Shown: positions 25,485-33,803 of the stretch, one piece after another
Layout: every line of letters starts with the position of its first letter
How positions within the stretch are numbered: the first letter of the stretch is position 1
From: an archaeon
GTDB lineage: Archaea > Nanobdellota > Nanobdellia > Woesearchaeales > UBA11576
Assembly: GCA_020052935.1 (NCBI GenBank)
Contig: JAGVOD010000112.1
Span: 1-54,773 of the forward strand
Reading direction: 5' to 3'
Length of the DNA: 54,773 nucleotides
Program-made: the position numbers and the translations under genes
The notes under the pieces: generated by a model
Databases searched by the model: none
Seen by the model: only the letters and a program-made list of their open reading frames with translations
What the model was told of the DNA's origin: nothing

Positions 25485-26666
25485 ATGGCAGCGCCTCAAG
25501 TTACACCACGCACAGACCCTTCCGAGATGCCAAGGACTTCTGAGGTAGTCCCGTTCCCATCACCGCACCTCGACAAGCAGAGACTTGCATGCCTGATAAT
25601 GGCGGGTTATGACCCTGCGAACAAGCGGATGATAAAGGCGGTTGACGGTAAATATTACGTCAAGCAGCAGGTGCCAATACACGACCGGCCGCTGCTAGAA
25701 CATGTCATAGACGCTGCACTGGGCGCCGAACGCGTGGCGCAGGTATACGTCGTAGGGGACGCGCAGTTCGTAGACACGCTCATAGAAAAGCAGCCTAAAT
25801 TCCAAAAAGGCAGGATATTCGCCGAGCCGCAGGAAGAAAGCTCGCCTGACGGCAAACGCAAAGCTAACCTCATAGACAACCTGAAGCACGGCATAGAGCA
25901 ATGCATAGAGCCATACAACAGCGACAGGCAGGAGAAAGGCGCAGTCCTCGACGACAGGGTGCTGATCCTTACTTCTGACACGCCATTCATATCAGGAAGG
26001 GACATAGACAAGTTCATCAATGAGGCGAGCAAGGCAGATGTGGTGATGAGCGCGACAGACGGCGACGCATATGTGCAGATGGTCGAGAAGCTCGGCATCA
26101 GCATAGACCCCGCGATGACAAAGATCGCGATGTTCCCCATCGGCACAAGGATGGTGCGGCCCAACAACATGTTCTTGCTCAGATACCAGAAGCTCACGCC
26201 AGAGCTCTACCAGCTGTTCCAGAACATATACGACGCGAGGTACGTAGTCGACTGGGCTGGAGGGCTTAAAGTAAGGAAGATATTGAAGCTCCTCAGGGAG
26301 GAGAACAGGATAATACAGGAATACGGCAGGAGCATCGGCGCAGAGTTCACAGTGAGAAGGGGAGTTGCGAACGAATATGGCATGATCGCAGCGTTCTGCC
26401 TTTCATACATAGTCAACAGGATAAACGACAAGATACGTGGCAAGATAGGAGTGCCGCTGATACCTAACATACCTCGCTACACCATGGTCTCCAGACGCGA
26501 CTTCAGGACAGTCGCTCGCCAGCTGCTGGGCAACAGGGTGAGCATGGAACTCTACGTCTCAGGACTTGTAGGGCCGATGCTGGACCTCGACGTGCAGGCG
26601 ATGTACGACCTGCTCGCGAAAGATGATTTCAAGAACTTCAAGAGGATACGCGCCTACCTGGACTGA
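25485..26666 (+). CDS. MobA-like NTP-transferase fold protein with long unknown C-terminal extension
   Basis: LACLIMAGYDP and VLILTSDTPFISGRDIDKFI resemble nucleotidyltransferase (GT-A) motifs. I chose ATG 25485 (TATA-like TGTATAAAA about 28 nt upstream) over the track TTG at 25476. Confidence 0.4.
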   Translation: MAAPQVTPRTDPSEMPRTSEVVPFPSPHLDKQRLACLIMAGYDPANKRMIKAVDGKYYVKQQVPIHDRPLLEHVIDAALGAERVAQVYVVGDAQFVDTLIEKQPKFQKGRIFAEPQEESSPDGKRKANLIDNLKHGIEQCIEPYNSDRQEKGAVLDDRVLILTSDTPFISGRDIDKFINEASKADVVMSATDGDAYVQMVEKLGISIDPAMTKIAMFPIGTRMVRPNNMFLLRYQKLTPELYQLFQNIYDARYVVDWAGGLKVRKILKLLREENRIIQEYGRSIGAEFTVRRGVANEYGMIAAFCLSYIVNRINDKIRGKIGVPLIPNIPRYTMVSRRDFRTVARQLLGNRVSMELYVSGLVGPMLDLDVQAMYDLLAKDDFKNFKRIRAYLD

Positions 26667-27179
26667 TCACCAGACAAAAGGCACAAGCCTCTTCGTCTTC
26701 TTCATGTAACTCTTGTATTCTTTGCCGAACTCTTTGAGAAGGAACGCTTCTTCTATGTGTATGCGGTAGATGCCGACAGGCACTAGCAGGACCAAGGTCG
26801 CGACAATACCTGCGATGCTCTGCAAGGCCATACAGATACCGACTATCAGCATCAACAATCCAGTGTACATCGGATGCCTGATGTAACTGTGTATGCCTGT
26901 CGTGACGAGCCTGTGGCCCGGGACGCGCTTCACCTCGAGCGTGAACTGCTTCCCGAGGTTGATGTAACCTGCAGTCCTGACTGCGAATCCGACGATGAAT
27001 ATGAAAGTCCCTGACAAGAAAGCGACCAGATCCAACTTTGGCTGGCGGATGAAAAGCTCTGCCATGACGGCCAAGATTATCAGAGCAACTGCCAGGAATA
27101 TCAACGGTAATGTCTTCCTGTCAGCAGACTTCCCGCTGGCGAAACCTAACGCAGATATAAAACCTGATCCTGGGCCCAT
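26667..27179 (-). CDS. isoprenylcysteine carboxyl methyltransferase (ICMT)/phospholipid methyltransferase family membrane protein
   Basis: RLVTTGIHSYIRHPMYTGLLMLIVG signature and multiple TM helices. Confidence 0.8.
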   Translation of the reverse strand: MGPGSGFISALGFASGKSADRKTLPLIFLAVALIILAVMAELFIRQPKLDLVAFLSGTFIFIVGFAVRTAGYINLGKQFTLEVKRVPGHRLVTTGIHSYIRHPMYTGLLMLIVGICMALQSIAGIVATLVLLVPVGIYRIHIEEAFLLKEFGKEYKSYMKKTKRLVPFVW

Positions 27180-27214
27180 GAGCTCCCGGAAAAAGAACGA
27201 GTTAAAAAAGCTTA

Positions 27215-27580
27215 CTAAATGACCAGCTCGTCATACATATCTTCTTCGGCATCGATCCGAGCTTGCTCTTCAGGGCTGATAGAGAGGTAAGCATCATGTA
27301 TCTTCTCGACTATCCCCGCAACTTCAGGATTGCGCAGCATCTCCTGGTCCACATCAAAGCGGTCGCCATAAGCAGTGCCTATGTGCTTGCCATTGTACCA
27401 AGCGTACAGCATATCCGGCTCTGCACCGCGCCTCAGGCTGCGTTTATCAGGCTTCATGTCCAAGCCTTCGACATGAATGCTCTGGAGAGTGAATGCTTGC
27501 TGCCTTGTCAAAGGCGATGAGGGCCTCTCCAATCTCTCAATTATACTATCAAGTAACTTCCACATCTTGAACTCCAACAC
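27215..27580 (-). CDS. hypothetical protein (121 aa), acidic C-terminus
   Basis: ORF tightly packed between neighbours on the same strand. No family recognised. Confidence 0.5.
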   Translation of the reverse strand: MLEFKMWKLLDSIIERLERPSSPLTRQQAFTLQSIHVEGLDMKPDKRSLRRGAEPDMLYAWYNGKHIGTAYGDRFDVDQEMLRNPEVAGIVEKIHDAYLSISPEEQARIDAEEDMYDELVI

Positions 27581-27586
27581 ACCCTT

Positions 27587-27778
27587 TTAGAATCTAGTCC
27601 TTATCTTGAACTTGCTGCCTTCGGCAATAGCCTCGACAAGATACTTCTTCAGCTTGTTCTTCTTGGCCCAATCCTGGGCAGAAGCTTCTGTCTTGAAGGC
27701 ACGCGGCTTCTCAGGCGCCTTGGCGCCAGGCTTAGGCCTCTTCTTCACAAGCCTTTTTGAAAAATAAATCGATCCCAT
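27587..27778 (-). CDS. small basic hypothetical protein (63 aa from ATG 27778)
   Basis: Lys/Arg-rich MGSIYFSKRLVKKRPKPGAKAPEKPRAFK... TTTATATA lies 27-33 nt upstream. Confidence 0.45.
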   Translation of the reverse strand: MGSIYFSKRLVKKRPKPGAKAPEKPRAFKTEASAQDWAKKNKLKKYLVEAIAEGSKFKIRTRF

Positions 27779-27803
27779 AGAGAACACAGCGGATTATAGG
27801 TTG

Positions 27804-27811
27804 TATATAAA
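27804..27811 (-). promoter_or_regulatory. TATA box (TTTATATA on minus strand)
   Basis: The reverse complement of 27804-27811 is TTTATATA, about 30 nt upstream of ATG 27778. Confidence 0.45.
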
Positions 27812-27828
27812 TCTATTTCAAAAAAGGA

Positions 27829-27912
27829 TTACTCCTCTTCCTCCTCTTCAGTATCATCAGATTCGAAAGGGTCGTCGAAGTCGGCAGGCCCTTTATCATC
27901 AAAAATGCCCAT
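27829..27912 (-). CDS. possible 27-aa highly acidic micro-protein immediately downstream of the histone gene
   Basis: MGIFDDKGPADFDDPFESDDTEEEEEE. GGAGGT lies 7 nt upstream of its ATG, and it starts 17 nt after the histone stop. It is below the ORF-track length cutoff. Confidence 0.35.
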   Translation of the reverse strand: MGIFDDKGPADFDDPFESDDTEEEEEE

Positions 27913-27928
27913 CTAAATACCTCCAGGT

Positions 27929-28141
27929 CTAGTATTTGGCTGCCAGCTTAATATCATCTGCCTTGACAGTGACGCGGCCGGAATGCGTCGAAAGCTTGAC
28001 TGCGCGCTCAGCGATCTCCGTGGCAATCTCCTCGACCACATCTTTCAACGCGGACTTGGCCTTGTCAGAAGCGCGTTCAGCGCCGCAATTCTTCAATATC
28101 TTTTCCATAGCAGCGAGCGGAAGCAATTTTTCAGTCACCAT
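27929..28141 (-). CDS. archaeal histone (HMf/HMfB-like histone fold), 70 aa
   Basis: LPLAAMEKILKNCGAERASDKAKSALKDVVEEIATEIAERAVKLSTHSGRVTVKADDIKLA aligns along its whole length with the HMfB pattern (AGAERVSDDA..RHAGRKTIKAEDIELA). Confidence 0.9.
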   Translation of the reverse strand: MVTEKLLPLAAMEKILKNCGAERASDKAKSALKDVVEEIATEIAERAVKLSTHSGRVTVKADDIKLAAKY

Positions 28142-28427
28142 TTCATTCCCTCCAGATTTGATTGCGATTGACCAAAACTACCAAAATAAACGTTAGTGGG
28201 ATAGGTAAACAAGGGTTATTTTTAATATTTTCGGTTTTAGAGGGCGATTTTGGGCTAGAACGGCTGGATAAGGCAAATAAAGGCTTCTGACATGGTAGGC
28301 CTCTTTAATCTAATCTTGGCATCGGAAATGCACCAAAACCTTTAAAAACAACAATCAACACTGGAACAGCATATGGGGAAAGAGGTGAAGAAAGTTCTAG
28401 GTAATCGTAGATATGTGGCTATCTTCG

Positions 28428-28637
28428 GCGCTGGTGAAAATCTCTCCTTCGGAGGTTGCCGCCAGGCTTCGCTTGTCGATACTTTCTCAGATATGCGTCA
28501 TCCCCGTAGGGGGTACTTAGAAACCTTCGGTTTCTGGTACCTCGCTCGCTACGCTCGGAGGCATCCCCCTGCCGCATGCGAAGATTATCGCAAAGGGTCG
28601 CTACGCTTAAAGGCGGCAACACAATTTTCACCAGCGC
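28428..28637. repeat. scaffold element, GC-rich subfamily 2 (copy b), in the leader/promoter region of the channel operon
   Basis: Terminal helix GCGCTGGTGAAAAT (28428-28441) / ATTTTCACCAGCGC (28624-28637). Side hairpin CTCC-TTC-GGAG. Inner helix TTGCCGCC (28456-28463) / GGCGGCAA (28612-28619). The cargo shares GCCAGGCTTCGCT, CCCCGTAGGGGG and CAAAGGGTCGCT with copy a at 36227-36389. Confidence 0.7.
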
Positions 28638-28654
28638 TGCTGCGAGGTATTTAG

Positions 28655-29722
28655 ATGGACGAGTCAATTAGGAGACTGCTGGGGATAAGGAAGAAGACAT
28701 CATGGATGTATGATGCGTGGTACTCGGTACGCAAGATATTCTCGCTCAAATTCCTGATCATCCTTTTGATACTGCTTGTGCTCCTGACATCAATGCTGGC
28801 GTTCGCAAGATATGAATTCATAGTAGAGGCGGATGCCATGGAACGGCTGAACGCCGAGAACATGAGCCCATACACTGCAGCATTCTTCTGGCTGGTAGTC
28901 ACGCTGGCGACAGGATACGAAGAGACGCCACTCACCAATGTGGGGAAGTCCCTCAACCTGTTCATAATCCTGATGAGCGTCGTCGCAGTGGCCGCGTTGA
29001 TATCACAGATAACCAGCATGCTGCTGTCAGCAAACCTCAAGAACATGTTCGGCATGGCAGGCACCAAAGACAAGATAGACTGCATAATCTGCGGATGGAA
29101 CCCGATATCAGAATCAGCTTTCAATGAGATAAAGAAGCCCGGAGTGAAGATAGTCATCGTCGACAAGCAGAACAGGCCAGACCTCGCAAAGGCGAAAGGC
29201 GCGTATTTCATCGCAGGAGACCCGACCAACCCAGACATACTCAGGCGAGCCAACATAACGAACGCAAAGAGCATAATACTCGCGATGGAGGAAGACTCTG
29301 AAGTCCTGCTCGCGATACACGTCATACGCGAGCTCAACCCCTGGGTGAACATAGTCGCCAAGATAAACAACCACGAACACGTCAAGATAGCCGAGTCTGC
29401 TGGCGCAGACCAGGTCGTATCCCCACCATCCATCGGCGGAAGGCTCCTCTCGATGGTCACCGAAGAGCAGTCGGTCGTCGAGTGGGTCATACACGCGACA
29501 TCAAGCGAGAAAGGCACCCAGCTGATAGAGTATGACGTCCTGAAAGACTCGCCATTCGCCAACAAGACAGTGGGAGAGACCAGGAAGGCCCTGGGCAACA
29601 AGGCCAAGATAATCGGCATCGACACAGCAGAAGGTCTCGAGAAGATACCTGGCGACGAGATGAAGATAGAGGCAGGCAACAAGCTCATAATGATGGTAGA
29701 CACCAAGAGGTTCAGGCTATGA
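28655..29722 (+). CDS. 2TM potassium-channel-like protein with C-terminal RCK (TrkA-N/TrkA-C) domain; non-canonical filter TGYEE
   Basis: TM1, then the pore region AAFFWLVVTLATGYEETPLTNVGK, then TM2. This is followed by IICGWNPISESAFNEIKKPGVKIVIVD (Rossmann) and a TrkA-C-like end. GAGGT lies 6 nt upstream of the ATG. Confidence 0.8.
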   Translation: MDESIRRLLGIRKKTSWMYDAWYSVRKIFSLKFLIILLILLVLLTSMLAFARYEFIVEADAMERLNAENMSPYTAAFFWLVVTLATGYEETPLTNVGKSLNLFIILMSVVAVAALISQITSMLLSANLKNMFGMAGTKDKIDCIICGWNPISESAFNEIKKPGVKIVIVDKQNRPDLAKAKGAYFIAGDPTNPDILRRANITNAKSIILAMEEDSEVLLAIHVIRELNPWVNIVAKINNHEHVKIAESAGADQVVSPPSIGGRLLSMVTEEQSVVEWVIHATSSEKGTQLIEYDVLKDSPFANKTVGETRKALGNKAKIIGIDTAEGLEKIPGDEMKIEAGNKLIMMVDTKRFRL

Positions 29723-31785
29723 ACACAAAGCAGCTGCTGATGATCACAGGGATAATGCTGCTTTCAGCGCTGGTGACCGGATACCACGGCAGCGTGAGCT
29801 GGACCAATGCGATACTCATCTCTTCATTACTCGCGTTCCTCATCAAGTTCGGCCTCGCATTGTGGATATACATGCTCAACCCGTCCGCGAACGTCAACAG
29901 GACATTCGCGATAGTATTCACAGGACAGGCAGTGTGGGACCTCGGAAAGTTCGTCATGTGGCTCACCAACGACGCGAGCCACGCGCTGATATGGGCGAAG
30001 ATATCATACTCAGGATACATAATATCCGTATTCTTCCTGCTCAGCTTTGTCTGGGCATACCTCAAGAAGAAGAACTATTTCACGACGGTCCAGGGCAGGA
30101 TAGTCCTCTACACGCCGATGGTGTTCATGCTCGCGGCACTGTGGGCAGGCAACGGCGTCATATCAGGATTGATACCCCCTGATGCCTTGCACTTCGGCTT
30201 CGGCATCGAGCTGTGGGACTACACCTACGGCCCTGTGTACAGCTACTTCTTCATGTGGTTCCAGATAATACCGTTCATCTACGCATTCATACTATTCGTG
30301 TTCAAGTACTTCCACACACAGGCAGAGGACAAGAAGAAGCAGATATTCTACCTGATGCTGGGAAGCGCATTCCCGATAATGCTGGGGATACCGACGGGCG
30401 TATTGCTGCCTGCGATGGGCACATACCTGCCGCCCCACAACAACGTCCTGTCCCTCATCATGTCAGTCTTCATAGCAGTGGGCATAATAAAATACAAGTT
30501 CCTCTCGATACAGCCGATAGGAGAGAGGATCGTGCCTGGAAGGAAGCTTGAGCACGAGCTCGCGAAGAGGTACAGGATGGAGCCTGGCCACAGCTACTTC
30601 ATAAAGCACGAGAAGTCGAGCGAGATAGCATACGGCGTCCTTTTGACGCATCTCTACCAGAGGAAGTACGGCCTCATAATCACCGCGCACAACCCTGCGA
30701 AGATAAGGCACGAGCACGGCATCGAGACGACCCCGGTCATCTGGATGACAGACACAGAGACAGAGCACCTATCCGTCGACCCTATAGACATCGAGCAGAT
30801 ACATGAGACGATAAAGAAATTCATCGAGAAGGTGCCGAACGCATTCGTGCTCATCGACGGCATAGACTACCTGCTCATGCACAACAACTTCGCGAAGATA
30901 CTCCACTTCATAAAACAGGTCAAGGGCATGATGACAAAGAGCGACGACTGCCTCATAGTCCCGAAAGGCTCGCTCGTGCTCGACCCCAAGCAGCAGAAAC
31001 TGCTCGAGGCAGAATTCTTGGTCTTGCCCAAGGCCGCTGCTGAGGCCAAAGAGGCAGAGAAGACGGCAAGAGGGATGAAGAGGAACAACTACATAATACT
31101 TGGCCACAACCCGCTCGCGCAGTCCATAATAAGCGAGTTCGAGAAACGCAGCATCAAGCCAGTTGTCGTCGAGAAACAAGATGTGCTGGTGCACTACCCG
31201 AAAGGCGTGGTTGATATAGTCAAAGGAGACCCGCTCAGCAGCAAAGTCCTGATACACGCAGGCATATGCAAGCCAAACACGGTAGTGCTCGTCACGCTGG
31301 AAGACGACTCTGACATCATACTCTGCATAAACAAGATAAGGCAGATATCAGACTGCGCCAAGATAATCACCAACATAAACAACCAGAACTTCATATCAAT
31401 AGCCCTGAAGGCAGGCGCAGACAACGTAATACCTTCCTCGTCGATAGGAGGAAGATTGATATCACTTGCCCTGAGCTCGCCAGACATAGTACGGTGGGTG
31501 ATGGACGCCACCACGCTCGCCGCGACCGATCTCGAGCTGTGCGAGTTCGTCGTCGACACCAAGTCAAGGATTGTAGGGAAGACAGTCGAGCAGGTCGACA
31601 GGCACATGGGCAAGTCCGCGAACATAATAGCAGTAAAGACAGTCGAAGGGCTGAGGCAGATACCTGACGACGACTACGTGCTCAAAGAAGGCGACAGGCT
31701 CGTGCTCATAGTCAACATGGAAGCGTTGCCGAAAGGGAAAGAGATGGCAGAGAGAGTCGGGAAGCTGGTGAAGCAAAAGTATTGA
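29719..31785 (+). CDS. 7TM (HisKA_7TM-like) - DUF835 - RCK (TrkA-N/TrkA-C) fusion protein
   Basis: Seven N-terminal TM helices. DUF835 pattern GHSYFIKHEKS..YGLIITAHNPAKIRHEHGIETTPVIWMTD..AFVLIDGIDYLLMHNNFAKILHFIKQV. The C-terminal NYIILGHNPLAQSIISEF..GADNVIPSSSIGGRL is paralogous to the RCK of the upstream channel. The start overlaps the upstream stop by 4 nt (ATGA). Confidence 0.75.
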   Translation: MNTKQLLMITGIMLLSALVTGYHGSVSWTNAILISSLLAFLIKFGLALWIYMLNPSANVNRTFAIVFTGQAVWDLGKFVMWLTNDASHALIWAKISYSGYIISVFFLLSFVWAYLKKKNYFTTVQGRIVLYTPMVFMLAALWAGNGVISGLIPPDALHFGFGIELWDYTYGPVYSYFFMWFQIIPFIYAFILFVFKYFHTQAEDKKKQIFYLMLGSAFPIMLGIPTGVLLPAMGTYLPPHNNVLSLIMSVFIAVGIIKYKFLSIQPIGERIVPGRKLEHELAKRYRMEPGHSYFIKHEKSSEIAYGVLLTHLYQRKYGLIITAHNPAKIRHEHGIETTPVIWMTDTETEHLSVDPIDIEQIHETIKKFIEKVPNAFVLIDGIDYLLMHNNFAKILHFIKQVKGMMTKSDDCLIVPKGSLVLDPKQQKLLEAEFLVLPKAAAEAKEAEKTARGMKRNNYIILGHNPLAQSIISEFEKRSIKPVVVEKQDVLVHYPKGVVDIVKGDPLSSKVLIHAGICKPNTVVLVTLEDDSDIILCINKIRQISDCAKIITNINNQNFISIALKAGADNVIPSSSIGGRLISLALSSPDIVRWVMDATTLAATDLELCEFVVDTKSRIVGKTVEQVDRHMGKSANIIAVKTVEGLRQIPDDDYVLKEGDRLVLIVNMEALPKGKEMAERVGKLVKQKY

Positions 31786-31791
31786 CTGCTT

Positions 31792-31911
31792 CTATTTGCT
31801 TATCAGGTAGATATACCACAAGAACAACAACAAAAGAGTTAGCATAAGAAAAGACAGAATCTGATAAATGATGTTGAGTTTTCTCCAGATGCCTGTGATT
31901 GCTGAGACCAT
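31792..31911 (-). CDS. possible 39-aa hydrophobic micro-protein downstream of the ABC permease
   Basis: MVSAITGIWRKLNIIYQILSFLMLTLLLLFLWYIYLISK. Its ATG lies 6 nt after the permease stop. No further support. Confidence 0.25.
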   Translation of the reverse strand: MVSAITGIWRKLNIIYQILSFLMLTLLLLFLWYIYLISK

Positions 31912-31916
31912 AACAT

Positions 31917-33803
31917 TCACTTCAGCGTCGGCTTCTTCCTTATCATGATGACTGCGAGCAGGTAGAACACAAGAATCATGCTGGCCATTATTATCAGCTT
32001 GGTCATGTCAAGGCCTGTGTGGTATATCGTTATCTTCTCTAACAACGAGACATTCAGAGTCAGAGGTAGATACTGCGAAGCGATGCGGAAAGCCTTGCTC
32101 ATCAACTCTGGAGGAGAGAACGCGCCGCTGAGGAACATCAGCGGGAAGCCTATGACGAGGCAGGTGAGTAGCGAGGTGTTCTCTGACTTCGAGAACGAGC
32201 CGATAAAGACGCCGATAGAGATGTAGACCAGAGAAGCGACTATGAAGACGAGGAAAAGATCAACGCCGAGGGCCATCGGGACCTTGAAGACAATCGCAGC
32301 TATGAGCATCGACAGCACAGTCATGATGCCGAGCAGCAGCAGGTAGAGCATCTTCTCAAAGACGTAGAAGAACATGCTTATCGGAGAGAGGAATATCCTC
32401 GCCATCGTGCCGCCCCTGCGCTCATTGACAATCAGCGACGATGAGATGAACAATGTGATGAACAGCAGTATTATAGAGATGAGGGCAGGAAGCCTGTAGA
32501 ATATCTCCAGCTGGCCTTTGAAGACTGCTTTCTCGTCGACTCTGACGGGTCTTAGGATTGTGGAAGGATCCTTCTTGGTATAATCATCCAGGACATCGAT
32601 AGTCTGGTTGAGCTCATCAGTCACGCGCACGATGTCGCTGAGGAAGGTGTTTATGGATGCATTCAACTCAATCATCGACTGGCTTATGTTGCGCGTCTTG
32701 TCCTCGAGGAACAACAGGTCATTGCGCAGCATTGAGATGCTCTGCCTAAGCCTTGCATTGTCTGCTGAGCCTGAAGATGCTGTCTGAGAGAGCTTTGCGA
32801 GGCTGTCATTGACTAAGCTCGACCTGGCGTTGAGCTGGGCGATTGCGCTGTTCAGCTCTGACTGATAGTCTGAAAGGTTGCCTGCCTGTGTCTCGAGCTC
32901 ATCTGCAGCGTCATCTGTACGGTCAAGGACTGCGCACAACGGGCTCGCAGTGGCTAACGGGATAAGGCTCGCGTCGCTGCAAAGGTCGCTACGCAGCATG
33001 GCTGCGTTGGACCTGTATTCTGTTATCGCTATTGATATGTCTGGCGTGGAAGTGATGAGCGGCAGCGACGGCGTCTCGGATACATTCGCGAAGCCAGAAT
33101 CTATCTCTGCAAGCTGATTGTCCATCACATCAAGATAATACACGACTTCATTCACAGACTGCTGGTGCGCGGCGAAGTCTATCTTGGAAAGCTCTGAGTT
33201 GAGGATGTTGAGCCTGTCACGCAGCTCAATCGCGACTGGCTTGGCCATCTCTAGGTTCTTGACAAGGAAACGCAGGTTCTCGTTCAGCTCCTTGAGCTGT
33301 TTCCACGCTTCCAGTATGAATGCAGTGCTCATCTTCTCGTTTATGTCAGCGACATAGGCCCTGACTGCGTTAGAAGTGACTACTGCAGTGGTCTGCTTGG
33401 AGTTGTCTATGAAAAGCTTCATCTCCACGCCGCGGCCCTCCACCAAGTCCTGCCTGAAATTCTTTGGTATGACCACGCCTCCGCGGAACTCCCCTGAAGA
33501 CACTTTGTCAGCTACGAGAGAGTCACAGTCCTTGGAGAATATCGTCGTAGCGAAGATGTCAGACTCAAGGTCAAAGCCCTTGCCGTCCATGTCGCACACC
33601 GCAAGCTTGACACCTCTTATCGTGTCAGCGACATCAGAGAAGTAAAATATGTTGATGAGTATCGAAAGTATGAGGAATGGAGTAAGGACTACAAGGATGA
33701 GGCTCTTCCTGTCCCTAAGGAAAAGCCTGACGTCGTTCAGAAGCATCGTGTCGAGCTTCTGGAACTGCAGCCTAACGCTTCTCAACAGCCCTTTTGAATG
33801 CAT
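31917..33803 (-). CDS. ABC-2 type transporter permease with large extracytoplasmic coiled-coil loop (YhgE/Pip-like architecture)
   Basis: N-terminal TM, a helical ectodomain of about 380 aa, and a C-terminal bundle of 5 TM. It overlaps the upstream ATPase gene. Confidence 0.7.
   Translation of the reverse strand: MHSKGLLRSVRLQFQKLDTMLLNDVRLFLRDRKSLILVVLTPFLILSILINIFYFSDVADTIRGVKLAVCDMDGKGFDLESDIFATTIFSKDCDSLVADKVSSGEFRGGVVIPKNFRQDLVEGRGVEMKLFIDNSKQTTAVVTSNAVRAYVADINEKMSTAFILEAWKQLKELNENLRFLVKNLEMAKPVAIELRDRLNILNSELSKIDFAAHQQSVNEVVYYLDVMDNQLAEIDSGFANVSETPSLPLITSTPDISIAITEYRSNAAMLRSDLCSDASLIPLATASPLCAVLDRTDDAADELETQAGNLSDYQSELNSAIAQLNARSSLVNDSLAKLSQTASSGSADNARLRQSISMLRNDLLFLEDKTRNISQSMIELNASINTFLSDIVRVTDELNQTIDVLDDYTKKDPSTILRPVRVDEKAVFKGQLEIFYRLPALISIILLFITLFISSSLIVNERRGGTMARIFLSPISMFFYVFEKMLYLLLLGIMTVLSMLIAAIVFKVPMALGVDLFLVFIVASLVYISIGVFIGSFSKSENTSLLTCLVIGFPLMFLSGAFSPPELMSKAFRIASQYLPLTLNVSLLEKITIYHTGLDMTKLIIMASMILVFYLLAVIMIRKKPTLK

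Noticed and set aside
28444-28534. cUUCGg tetraloop hairpins as evidence for a structured RNA in the 28428 element
   Set aside because: On checking the pairing, CTCC-TTC-GGAG and GAAACC-TTC-GGTTTC are triloop palindromes. The UUCG-tetraloop register leaves mismatches. The feature is kept as a repeat, but this specific RNA argument is dropped.
28651-29706. 351-aa ORF antisense to the potassium-channel gene (the longest unexplained ORF in the track)
   Set aside because: It is Ser/Ile/Met-rich low-complexity sequence that mirrors the codon structure of the sense gene. It has no start context and no family resemblance. The sense strand has clear channel and RCK motifs.
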